Below, piece by piece: positions 55,819 through 64,000 of a DNA stretch of 64,000 nucleotides (positions within the stretch are counted from its first letter, which is position 1; every line of letters starts with the position of its first letter). Where the stretch lies: the NCBI GenBank assembly GCA_038125265.1, contig JAYPDM010000001.1:2830-66829 (forward strand), in the 5' to 3' direction. Position numbers and translations under genes: made by a program. The notes beneath the pieces are model-generated. The model was not told where the DNA came from, did not search any database, and was given only the letters and a program-made list of their open reading frames with translations. This stretch comes from Gammaproteobacteria bacterium (GTDB lineage: Bacteria; Pseudomonadota; Gammaproteobacteria; Steroidobacterales; Rariloculaceae).

Positions 55819-56996
55819 TAAACTTTACCCATTAAAGTCTGTCTGTATTCTTTTTGTGTTCTTTGTATGAATACATGTCTCTCAACCTCATGAAAAATAC
55901 GAAATACTACAAAAATAATTAAAACTGAAACTATATAGCTTGATCTTCCATAGCTGAAAAATGGCAGTGTCAGGCCTTTAGTAGGCACAAGACCAATAGT
56001 CACAGATATGTTTAGTAAGATGCTTGATGCTAAATAAATACCCAAAAAGAAGCTTAATAATCCATGAAAATATTGTCCTTGTTTGATAGCCTTTGAAGAT
56101 AAAAATAATATTCTTGTAATCAGACTGAAAAATAATAGCAATAGCAATACTGTTCCAATAAAGCCAAACTCTTCTGCAAATACTGCAAAAACAAAATCAG
56201 TATGTGCCTCGGGTAAATAATAAAGTTTTTGCACACTATTGCCCAAACCAAGACCAAATAAGCCACCGCTTCCCACTGCCATTAAAGACTGTGTCAGCTG
56301 GAACCCAGTGTCAAAAGGATCTGACCAAGGATCCAAGAAACTCGTTATACGATCAATTCTGTAACCTTCGGAGAATGCAAGAAAATAAGATAGTGACAGT
56401 AATCCGATAAAAAGTAATGACATATGAAGATATCTAGCTCCGCCAACATATAGCACAGCCAATAAAATGCTAGATAAGACTAAAAAGGATCCGAAATCAG
56501 GTTCTTTTAATAACAAACCACCTGCGATGATTAAAATACCGAGTGGCCTCAGCAATCCTGTAAAAGTTGTCCTCAACTTTTCCTGGTGTCTGTATGCATA
56601 ACTACAAAAATAAATTCCTATGAATAGCTTAGCGACCTCTGAAGGCTGCACAGTTATGATTCCTAGATCAATCCATCTTGTGCTCCCGTTTCTTGTTTGT
56701 CCCAATCCAGGTACAAAAACTAGCACCAAAAGAATAATGCCGACGATAAGAAGAATTAAACTGGATTTTTCATAATTTTTTATAGGCGTTAATGCAACAA
56801 TTGGAAATAAAATTAAAGCTATAACTAATGCAATCATTTGGTTTTTAAGATAATAGTAAGCATCTGCAAACTCATTAACCCCAACGGCAAACGAAGCACT
56901 TGCAAGCGCAATTAGGCCCAAGCCAGTGATAGCAAGAAATATGGTCAATAAGATCCAATCAAAATTAAATGTTTTTAACTCTTCAAAAATTTTCAA
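55818..56996 (-). CDS. ftsW: Peptidoglycan glycosyltransferase FtsW (SEDS family)
   Basis: 392 aa polytopic SEDS protein. QPSE-x-x-K, PEAHTDF-x-FA and GLVPTKGLTLPFFSYG. Confidence 0.9.
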   Translation of the reverse strand: MKIFEELKTFNFDWILLTIFLAITGLGLIALASASFAVGVNEFADAYYYLKNQMIALVIALILFPIVALTPIKNYEKSSLILLIVGIILLVLVFVPGLGQTRNGSTRWIDLGIITVQPSEVAKLFIGIYFCSYAYRHQEKLRTTFTGLLRPLGILIIAGGLLLKEPDFGSFLVLSSILLAVLYVGGARYLHMSLLFIGLLSLSYFLAFSEGYRIDRITSFLDPWSDPFDTGFQLTQSLMAVGSGGLFGLGLGNSVQKLYYLPEAHTDFVFAVFAEEFGFIGTVLLLLLFFSLITRILFLSSKAIKQGQYFHGLLSFFLGIYLASSILLNISVTIGLVPTKGLTLPFFSYGRSSYIVSVLIIFVVFRIFHEVERHVFIQRTQKEYRQTLMGKV

Positions 56997-58318
56997 GCTA
57001 CTTTTTCCAAAATTAAATCTTTAAAATTCTCTCCTCGCTCTTCAAAGTCTTTGAACATATCTTGGCTGGGACATCCAGGAGAAAAAAGAATCGTGTAATG
57101 AGCCTCCAAATTAATGACAGCATTTTCGACAGCATTATTTAGCGTATTGGCAACATGTATCTCAAAATACTTGCCTAATTTTTGCTTTATCTCCTCAGAC
57201 GTACTTCCAAACGCAATTATCTTAATAATTTCCTTCTCTCTTAAGGGTATTAAGGAGTTGAAATCTTGCCCCTTGCTTTTGCCACCAATCATCAAGACAA
57301 TCGGACCGCTTGTTGCGTTTAAAGCAGCAATTGTTGCCTCAAGATTTGTAGACTTTGAATCATTAATTACTGTTAACTTTGAACTAGTGAAAATTTCCTG
57401 GTACCTGTAATTAAGCGGATGCCAATCTTGAAGACAGTTCTTAGGTAATAAAAGTTGATTTTTTTCATGGCTGACAATAAATGCAGCCAATAAATTTACC
57501 AAATCATGGTCTTTAATCTTTGAATTCCGATCAATTAATTGAACTAGATTTTTATTATAGAAAATAGATATTTGCTCATTTTGATTCTTAATAAAGTAAC
57601 CATTTTCAATATTTTCTGAGATAGAAAATGCTACAGCATTAGGATGTTCACTTCCAATATCCCTAACCGTTCTATCATCATAAAAGTAGATCCCCCTTTT
57701 TGATCTTAAGAAAATCTTTCGCTTGAGATCAATGTACTCTTGTTTAGTTTTATGACGATCAAGATGATTATCATAAATATTTAAAAGCACTGAAATTTCA
57801 GCATTAAATGTGCTTAGGAATTCTGCTTGAAAACTTGAAATCTCTATAACAGCACCACCTGAGAAGTCATATGGAAGTTCTAGCGCAGGGATTCCATAAT
57901 TTCCACCAAGAAGAGTTTTTATCCCCTTCTTTAAATCTAGAAATTGTATTAATTTTAATGTGGTGCTTTTTCCATTTGAGCCAGTAACACTTGTAATGTG
58001 TCCAATATAAATAGAGTAAAAAATATCCAGATCGGTCACAATAGGAATATGATGCTTCATTGCTAATTGGAGTATAGGTGCATCCACTTGCATGCCTGGG
58101 GATGTGACCAGCAATTCAAAAGAGCCTATCTCTAATTCAATATCTTTTTTTGATATTAATGCTTTATTTGTAAGCTCATGATCCTTCATTCCTTCGTCAT
58201 AAATTCTGTAATTAATCGAGTGTTGATTAAAAAGTTTTACAACACTAATGCCTGTCTTTCCTCTACCTATGACTAAGCATTTTTTATTTTTCAAAGAATT
58301 TATATAATCTTTTTTCAT
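56993..58318 (-). CDS. murD: UDP-N-acetylmuramoylalanine--D-glutamate ligase
   Basis: 441 aa. N-terminal Rossmann VIGRGKTG, P-loop TGSNGKSTT, and dcw position. Confidence 0.9.
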   Translation of the reverse strand: MKKDYINSLKNKKCLVIGRGKTGISVVKLFNQHSINYRIYDEGMKDHELTNKALISKKDIELEIGSFELLVTSPGMQVDAPILQLAMKHHIPIVTDLDIFYSIYIGHITSVTGSNGKSTTLKLIQFLDLKKGIKTLLGGNYGIPALELPYDFSGGAVIEISSFQAEFLSTFNAEISVLLNIYDNHLDRHKTKQEYIDLKRKIFLRSKRGIYFYDDRTVRDIGSEHPNAVAFSISENIENGYFIKNQNEQISIFYNKNLVQLIDRNSKIKDHDLVNLLAAFIVSHEKNQLLLPKNCLQDWHPLNYRYQEIFTSSKLTVINDSKSTNLEATIAALNATSGPIVLMIGGKSKGQDFNSLIPLREKEIIKIIAFGSTSEEIKQKLGKYFEIHVANTLNNAVENAVINLEAHYTILFSPGCPSQDMFKDFEERGENFKDLILEKVA

Positions 58319-59413
58319 TTATCTTATTTTTAAACTTGCTAGTCCAATCAGTACAAGGATCACAGTAATAATCCAGAATCGCACAATGATCTTGGGTTCT
58401 GGCCATCCCTTTAGCTCAAAATGATGATGAATAGGTGCCATTCTAAATACTCTCTTACCAGTTAGCTTATAGGATGAAACCTGAATAATGACTGAGAGGG
58501 CTTCTAAAACAAATATTCCAGCCATGATCATGAAGACAATTTCTTGATTAATGACCAATGCAATATAACCAAGACCCGCACCCAAACCCAATGATCCAAC
58601 ATCACCCATAAAAATTTGGGCAGGATAAGTGTTAAACCATAAAAATCCGAGGCAGGCGCCTGCGATAGCTAGACTAATAATTAATACCTCACCGGACCCA
58701 GCGACATAAGGGATCTGAAGGTATGATGAAAAAATTATATTGCCAGATACATAACAGAGAACAGATAGCCCTGTAGCTACAAGAATAACTGGCATGGTTG
58801 CGAGTCCATCGAGGCCATCAGTTAAGTTGACAGCGTTTGAACTCCCAACTAATACTAGAATGACCAAAATTAAATATAAAAAGGAATTTAAAAATATACT
58901 TGTGTCTTTTAAATAAGGAATGAGCAACGCTTGTTGGACCTCAGGCTGAGTCATCGCACTGAGTAATGCAAAACCTAGTATCAAAGATAGTGTAATTTGT
59001 AGAAGAAATTTCTGCCTTGCTTTTAGTCCTCTTGAAATCTGAGTTTTAGTCTTAATTTTTTTTATATCGTCATAAAAACCTATAAGGCTGAAACTTAAGA
59101 TAGTAAATAAACCTATCCAAATATAGAGATTCTCTAAATCTGCCCAGAGTATAGTACTTAGCACTGTGGAGAGAAGAATTAATAGGCCACCCATCGTTGG
59201 AGTTCCTGATTTCTCGAAATGCCTCTGCGGCCCATCTTCTCGAATTTTTTCACCAAAGCTCCTAAGTGTTAAATATCTTATTACCTTGGGCCCAAAAAAG
59301 AGAGCGAGCAACAGTGCAGTAAGCATTGCTAAAACACCTCTTAGGGTTAGGTAAGAAAAAACACTAAAAGCTGAATCATAATTCTCTAAAAACTCAAAAA
59401 GATTTATCAACAT
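58319..59413 (-). CDS. mraY: Phospho-N-acetylmuramoyl-pentapeptide transferase
   Basis: 364 aa. KxGTPTMGG, NAVNLTDGLDGLA, MGDVGSLGLG and APIHHHFE. Confidence 0.96.
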   Translation of the reverse strand: MLINLFEFLENYDSAFSVFSYLTLRGVLAMLTALLLALFFGPKVIRYLTLRSFGEKIREDGPQRHFEKSGTPTMGGLLILLSTVLSTILWADLENLYIWIGLFTILSFSLIGFYDDIKKIKTKTQISRGLKARQKFLLQITLSLILGFALLSAMTQPEVQQALLIPYLKDTSIFLNSFLYLILVILVLVGSSNAVNLTDGLDGLATMPVILVATGLSVLCYVSGNIIFSSYLQIPYVAGSGEVLIISLAIAGACLGFLWFNTYPAQIFMGDVGSLGLGAGLGYIALVINQEIVFMIMAGIFVLEALSVIIQVSSYKLTGKRVFRMAPIHHHFELKGWPEPKIIVRFWIITVILVLIGLASLKIR

Positions 59414-60753
59414 TTTTTTACCGCCTTAATAATTTTCTCCATGCATCTTGCTCTTGAACCTTTCAGCAAGTAAGCAGTATTTTTATTTAGGTGAGTACTT
59501 ATGTACTCTGATATTTCTTGATGACTCTCAAAGCTCAATTTTTTTCCTTTAAATTTTGATAAGGATTGCTTAGCTAAATCGCCATAGGCGATCATTAAAG
59601 TGCATTTTTCTGATGCGTACTCACCAATCTGTTCATGAAAAACTCTGCTTTGATCTCCAAGCTCCTCCATACCACCAAAAATAAATACCTTATTTAAATT
59701 TTTTTGACTATCAAGGGTATCTAGCGCATAGCGTGTTGAGGCTGGATTAGCATTATAGGTATCATCAATAAGTAAGTCTGAATTTGTAATATTGATGAAA
59801 TTTAATCTTTGATTAACTGAGGTGAGCTTCTGAGCAGCTTGGCAGATATTCATATCTGACTGGCCTAGATATTTTGCGATACCAACTGAAATAAGCAAAT
59901 TCAATAAGTTATGCTCCCCTTGAATGGGTACTCGATCTATCGAAAGTGAATCTCTTTTGATTTTTATTTTTAAGTCATAGCTCTGATTTTCATATTTTAT
60001 TTTTTCATAATACATATCAGCATCGCTGTTATTTAAGCTAAAACTTAATATTTCTCGTGGTGAGGATAATTTACTAAACTCATCAAAGTAACGATTATCT
60101 TTATTTAGGACAATGAGGCCATCCGCCATTACATTTGGGATGATTTCACCTTTAGTTTTTGCAATATTGTCCTCACTCAGAAATGTTTTTATGTGTGTTG
60201 CATTAATATTAGTAATAACTCCAACCTTTGGTTTAATTAACTTTGCAAGATAATCTATATCTCCTAGTTTCTTTGCCCCAATTTCGAAAATTGAATATTG
60301 ATATGAATTATCTAAATGAGATACAGATAAAGGGGTTCCTACTTCGTTATTGAGATTGCCGGGACTCATGTAAGTACTATAAGAATCCGATAAAATTTGA
60401 TTGAGATAATTTTTAACGGTGGTTTTCCCATTGCTTCCGGTAATTGCAATAATGGGATGTAAGATTTTATTTCTATGAAATTCGGCAATCTTATAGATGG
60501 CTTTATGGGGGTTATCCACGAGAACTTGAGATATATTTGAGCTTATTTTTTTTGAGACAATGGCTGCTGCCGCACCCATCGAGCTTGCCTCCTCTACAAA
60601 ATCATGACCATCATGCTTTTGCCCTCTAAAGGCAACAAATAGATTGCCCTTCTTAACCTTCTTGCTGTCTATCGACATTCCAAAGAAATTGCAATCATCA
60701 CCGATAAGCTTGCCTTGAATTGAATCACTTAATACTGAAACTCTCTCTAGCAC
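59407..60753 (-). CDS. murF: UDP-N-acetylmuramoyl-tripeptide--D-alanyl-D-alanine ligase
   Basis: 448 aa. FVAFRGQKHDGHDF, TGSNGKTT, DDTYNANP and LKGSR. Confidence 0.9.
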   Translation of the reverse strand: MLERVSVLSDSIQGKLIGDDCNFFGMSIDSKKVKKGNLFVAFRGQKHDGHDFVEEASSMGAAAAIVSKKISSNISQVLVDNPHKAIYKIAEFHRNKILHPIIAITGSNGKTTVKNYLNQILSDSYSTYMSPGNLNNEVGTPLSVSHLDNSYQYSIFEIGAKKLGDIDYLAKLIKPKVGVITNINATHIKTFLSEDNIAKTKGEIIPNVMADGLIVLNKDNRYFDEFSKLSSPREILSFSLNNSDADMYYEKIKYENQSYDLKIKIKRDSLSIDRVPIQGEHNLLNLLISVGIAKYLGQSDMNICQAAQKLTSVNQRLNFINITNSDLLIDDTYNANPASTRYALDTLDSQKNLNKVFIFGGMEELGDQSRVFHEQIGEYASEKCTLMIAYGDLAKQSLSKFKGKKLSFESHQEISEYISTHLNKNTAYLLKGSRARCMEKIIKAVKKC

Positions 60754-62153
60754 TGTCTACTCACTATTTCTAGATCAGAGAGGCTTATGGAGATGCCATC
60801 ACTGATTTGTTGCGCCTCATGTCCTTTGCCAAGAACTAAAATTATGGAGTCATCTTCTGCTTCAATTTCTCTTAAAATTGCCTCTTCACGGTCAAGGTGG
60901 ATTTGGTACTTACTTTGATCAATACTTGATGCTATATCTAATGCTATTTTTTCAGGATTCTCATCTCTAGGATTATCACTTGTCAGTATTATTTTTTCTG
61001 AATATTTTGATGCGATTGATCCCATCATAGGTCTTTTTGCATGATCTCTATTGCCGCCACAACCAAAGATGGTTGTTATATTTTTTTTAGTCATTTTTGC
61101 GATATCGGATAAAACTTTTTCCATAGCATCCGGAGTGTGGGCGTAATCGACAATCACTGTCTTACTATTTTTGGTCTTGAAGATAGACATTCGTCCTGGG
61201 ATGTTCGAAATTGACTCTAATGCATCAATTGCATCTTTAATATCAATTCCTAGTAGTATTATTGCTGCGAGAGCGTTTAGGAGATTCGGCACATTTAAAC
61301 TTCCAACGAGCTGGCTTGTCATAAAGTATTGAATTCCTCTAAAGGAAATTGAAAGCTGTATACCTTCAAGATTACTGCTTATGATTGTCGCGCTAAGATC
61401 AGCCTCTTTATTTACGGCTATAGAAAATACTTCTTTCTTTGATACTTGATACTCATTGAGGTCATCATATGAAATGATAACTTTTGATGCATCATCTTCT
61501 TTAATAAAACGAAGCTTTGTATTTTGATAGTTCTCAATGCTTCCATGGTAATCGATATGATCATAGGTAATATTAGTAAGTATCTTAATTGAAAAAGAGA
61601 GTCCGCCGATCCTATTTTGATCTATACCATGTGAAGAAACTTCAAGTACTCCATAAGCTACTTTTGAATCCTCTAAAAGCTTGTAGATAGTAAAAATATC
61701 TGGGGTTGTATTGCTAGTTTTAATTTTTTTATTCTCAGATAAAGCACCTAGAGTCCCTATATATAGAGTTGATTTATTTAGCTTGCTGAGAGCCTTATAA
61801 ATTAAATAAGCGACTGTTGTCTTGCCATTCGTACCGGTAATACCGATAAGCTCCTGTGATCTATTTTTATAAACCTCTTTTGCAATATTTGGTAAGTTTG
61901 TTTTTAGATCTGGATATTTATAAATATTATATTTTTTACTCAACAATGGTTGGTAGGTATCTTCTTTATCCATTAGTATGAGTGCAGCTCCATTTGCTAA
62001 AGCCTGTGGAATAAATTCAGCGCCATGAGTTTTGCTTCCCTGAAGTGCTACATATATTGAGTTTTTACAAACATCCTGAGCATTTAAATAGCACCCAGAA
62101 AAATTACTTAAGGGTAACTCTGAGATAGATTGAAATTTAGAATGCATTTTCAT
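60747..62153 (-). CDS. murE: UDP-N-acetylmuramoyl-L-alanyl-D-glutamate--2,6-diaminopimelate ligase
   Basis: 468 aa. TGTNGKTT, VDYAHTPDA, and DNPR (the DAP-type specificity motif region TSDNPRDE). Confidence 0.9.
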   Translation of the reverse strand: MKMHSKFQSISELPLSNFSGCYLNAQDVCKNSIYVALQGSKTHGAEFIPQALANGAALILMDKEDTYQPLLSKKYNIYKYPDLKTNLPNIAKEVYKNRSQELIGITGTNGKTTVAYLIYKALSKLNKSTLYIGTLGALSENKKIKTSNTTPDIFTIYKLLEDSKVAYGVLEVSSHGIDQNRIGGLSFSIKILTNITYDHIDYHGSIENYQNTKLRFIKEDDASKVIISYDDLNEYQVSKKEVFSIAVNKEADLSATIISSNLEGIQLSISFRGIQYFMTSQLVGSLNVPNLLNALAAIILLGIDIKDAIDALESISNIPGRMSIFKTKNSKTVIVDYAHTPDAMEKVLSDIAKMTKKNITTIFGCGGNRDHAKRPMMGSIASKYSEKIILTSDNPRDENPEKIALDIASSIDQSKYQIHLDREEAILREIEAEDDSIILVLGKGHEAQQISDGISISLSDLEIVSRQC

Positions 62154-63891
62154 TAATTCCTAATGGCGAAATATTTCTGTTTGCAATCAACTCATTCGTG
62201 AATACATCTTCATGGAAACTATCAGGGGGGATATCATATATCCTCAATACCTCCTCCATTACATTAGAAAAAACAGGAGCTGCGACTGCGCCGCCATAGT
62301 ATTGTCCATTATTTGGCTCATCTATGACGACTATAACCACAAACTTTGGATTAGAGATAGGGGCTATTCCTGCAAAAGATGCAACATATAAATTTTCATC
62401 GTAGCTCCCATTTGAAAACTTCCAAGCCGTACCTGTTTTACCACCAACCCTATAGTTCTCTACCTGTGCATTGCTACCGGTTCCAAAAATTACAACGTTC
62501 TCAAGCATTGTTTGAATTTTTATTGCATTTTCGGAGTGAATAACTTGATTTTGAAGTGAGGTATCCACATTCTGACTGAGAATGGTAAGAGGTACATAGA
62601 GCCCATCATTTGCAATTACTTGATAGGCTTGCCCAAGCTGAATTAGATTAGTATTTAAGCCATATCCATAGGATATAGTGGCTTGATCAATTTGTTGCCA
62701 ACTATCCGGTAGCCTCAAGGTGCCTCTTGATTCTCCTGGCAATCCCAGAGAAATACTTCTTCCAAACCCAAAGCGACTCAAAATATTATACGTAAACTCA
62801 GGATCCAATGATAAAGATAGCAAGCCAGCACCCACATTGCTTGATCTCTCGAGTATATTAGATAAGCTCATTAATCCATGATCAATAGAATCCTCGGTAA
62901 GCTTTCTTCCGCTTACGTATAAATTTCCTGGACTTGTGTCAATTAGGCTCATTTCATCATATAAACCCGACTCAAGTGCAGCAGCTACAATAAAAGGCTT
63001 AATTGCCGAACCAGGCTCGTAGACATCCGAAATAGTTCTGTTTCTATAATTTTCTGCATTAAATGTTTGTCTGTTGTTTGGATTAAAAAATGGTTGGCTC
63101 GCCATGGCCAAAATTTCTCCAGATTCAGAGTTAATTACAATTATCGATCCTGATTTTGCATTATTTAATGTGACCGCATTCTTTAGTTCTTGATAAGCTA
63201 TATACTGAATTCTCATGTCTATGGATGTTATTAAATCTCGTCCATAGGTTGGCTCTTCGACAAGCTTAATATCTTCAATGACCCTTCCTAAGCGATCTCT
63301 TAAGACTTGTTTTCTTCCAGGTGCTGAACCAAGCCAATGCTCAAATGAGAGCTCTAACCCTTCTTGACCATGCTCATCAATATCAGTAAATCCAATTAGA
63401 TGTGCAAGGTTCTCTCCAGCGGGATAATAACGTTTATATTCACGCATTGAATAAATGCCTGGTATCTGTAATTGTAAAATTTGGGCAGCATGCTCAGGCG
63501 AAAGATGTCTTTTTAAATAAATAAACTCTCTGTTTGCATTGCTTTCAATTCTTGATAAAAGAGAATCAAATTCAATGTCAATTAAGTTTGCAAGCCGAAT
63601 CATATCCTCATTCGAAGTGTCAATGATTTTAGGATTTGCCCAAATCGTATTTACAGGCAGGCTGATAGCAATGAGCTCCTGATTTCTATCTCGAATTGTC
63701 CCCCTGGTTGCTGTAATTGGTACAGTTCTTAGTTGTCTATTGTCAGCCTGATAGGATAAAAAGCTTTGATCGGTAATTTGAACGCTATAGAGTCGATTGA
63801 TACTTAAGAGGAATATACTAAACAGAATAAAATAAATTACATAAAATCTATAATTAATAGCTTTAAATAAATACCGCTTACTGGCTTTCAT
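62137..63891 (-). CDS. ftsI: Peptidoglycan D,D-transpeptidase FtsI (PBP3)
   Basis: 584 aa. N-terminal TM. RG-x-I-x-DRN. Transpeptidase motifs: YEPGSAIK (SxxK), SSN and KTGT. Confidence 0.92.
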   Translation of the reverse strand: MKASKRYLFKAINYRFYVIYFILFSIFLLSINRLYSVQITDQSFLSYQADNRQLRTVPITATRGTIRDRNQELIAISLPVNTIWANPKIIDTSNEDMIRLANLIDIEFDSLLSRIESNANREFIYLKRHLSPEHAAQILQLQIPGIYSMREYKRYYPAGENLAHLIGFTDIDEHGQEGLELSFEHWLGSAPGRKQVLRDRLGRVIEDIKLVEEPTYGRDLITSIDMRIQYIAYQELKNAVTLNNAKSGSIIVINSESGEILAMASQPFFNPNNRQTFNAENYRNRTISDVYEPGSAIKPFIVAAALESGLYDEMSLIDTSPGNLYVSGRKLTEDSIDHGLMSLSNILERSSNVGAGLLSLSLDPEFTYNILSRFGFGRSISLGLPGESRGTLRLPDSWQQIDQATISYGYGLNTNLIQLGQAYQVIANDGLYVPLTILSQNVDTSLQNQVIHSENAIKIQTMLENVVIFGTGSNAQVENYRVGGKTGTAWKFSNGSYDENLYVASFAGIAPISNPKFVVIVVIDEPNNGQYYGGAVAAPVFSNVMEEVLRIYDIPPDSFHEDVFTNELIANRNISPLGINENAF

Positions 63892-64000
63892 TCAATACCA
63901 CCAAGACTAAATCCTCACTATCTATTTCAACCAGACCAATTTGATTTTTTGCAATCTCCTCAATTCTTGGCAAAAGCATTTGCACATCTCTTTCGATTAA
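63878..64000 (-). CDS. ftsL: Cell division protein FtsL, C-terminal 40 aa (5' part beyond window end)
   Basis: Hand translation of the minus strand from 64000: LIERDVQMLLPRIEEIAKNQIGLVEIDSEDLVLVVLNESQ*. It resembles the FtsL C-terminus (R-I/V-E-x-IA-x-x-x-LGM). Overlaps the ftsI start by 14 nt. Confidence 0.7.
   Translation of the reverse strand, partial: LIERDVQMLLPRIEEIAKNQIGLVEIDSEDLVLVVLNESQ

Noticed and set aside
1-64000. Mobile elements, CRISPR arrays, prophage, toxin-antitoxin or known defence systems
   Set aside because: No transposase, integrase, Cas or phage-like proteins, and no repeat-spacer periodicity. The largest noncoding stretch is about 109 bp. The NUDIX, glycosyltransferase and CinA-domain genes near recA are the conserved housekeeping nudB/pncC context, not a defence island.

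Overview
The window is AT-rich (roughly one-third G+C by eye) and almost fully coding. I support 65 protein-coding genes, two of them truncated at the window edges, and one tRNA. Intergenic spacers are very short and many start/stop codons overlap. I saw no transposase, integrase, CRISPR array or rRNA. All identifications come from hand reading of motifs and remembered family signatures, since no database search was possible.

Gene content and order look like a streamlined gammaproteobacterium. There are three blocks.

(A) 1-14058 is an accessory uptake and catabolism region.
- It holds two tripartite tricarboxylate transporter (TTT) sets and an orphan TRAP binding protein.
- A GntR regulator has a perfect palindromic operator candidate in a divergent promoter.
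- An APS-reductase-like flavoprotein/ferredoxin pair of unknown substrate sits beside Gfo/Idh/MocA, creatininase-family, cupin and 2-hydroxyacid dehydrogenase genes.
- A tightly coupled tail encodes a DUF1080 lipoprotein, cytochrome b561, a secreted unknown and a NahK-like kinase.

(B) 14096-25172 is a single co-directional heme biosynthesis operon.
- The order is hemA-hemC-hemD-hemB-hemL, histidine kinase, response regulator, hemE, chlorite-dismutase-family (HemQ-like) gene, hemH, amine-oxidase-family flavoprotein.
- This mirrors the Bacillus hemAXCDBL plus hemEHY layout and suggests a coproporphyrin-dependent route, with a two-component system translationally coupled inside it.
- I consider this the most interesting candidate system in the window.

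(C) 25162-64000 is conserved housekeeping synteny on both strands.
- cysB, tRNA-Ser, csrA, alaS, recX, recA, pncC, a glycosyltransferase, nudB, aspS, clpB, pgeF, rluD, bamD, nadE, sucDC, coaE, zapD, mutT, secA.
- A dcw cluster follows: lpxC, ftsZ, ftsA, ftsQ, murB, murC, murG, ftsW, murD, mraY, murF, murE, ftsI and part of ftsL, with no ddl.
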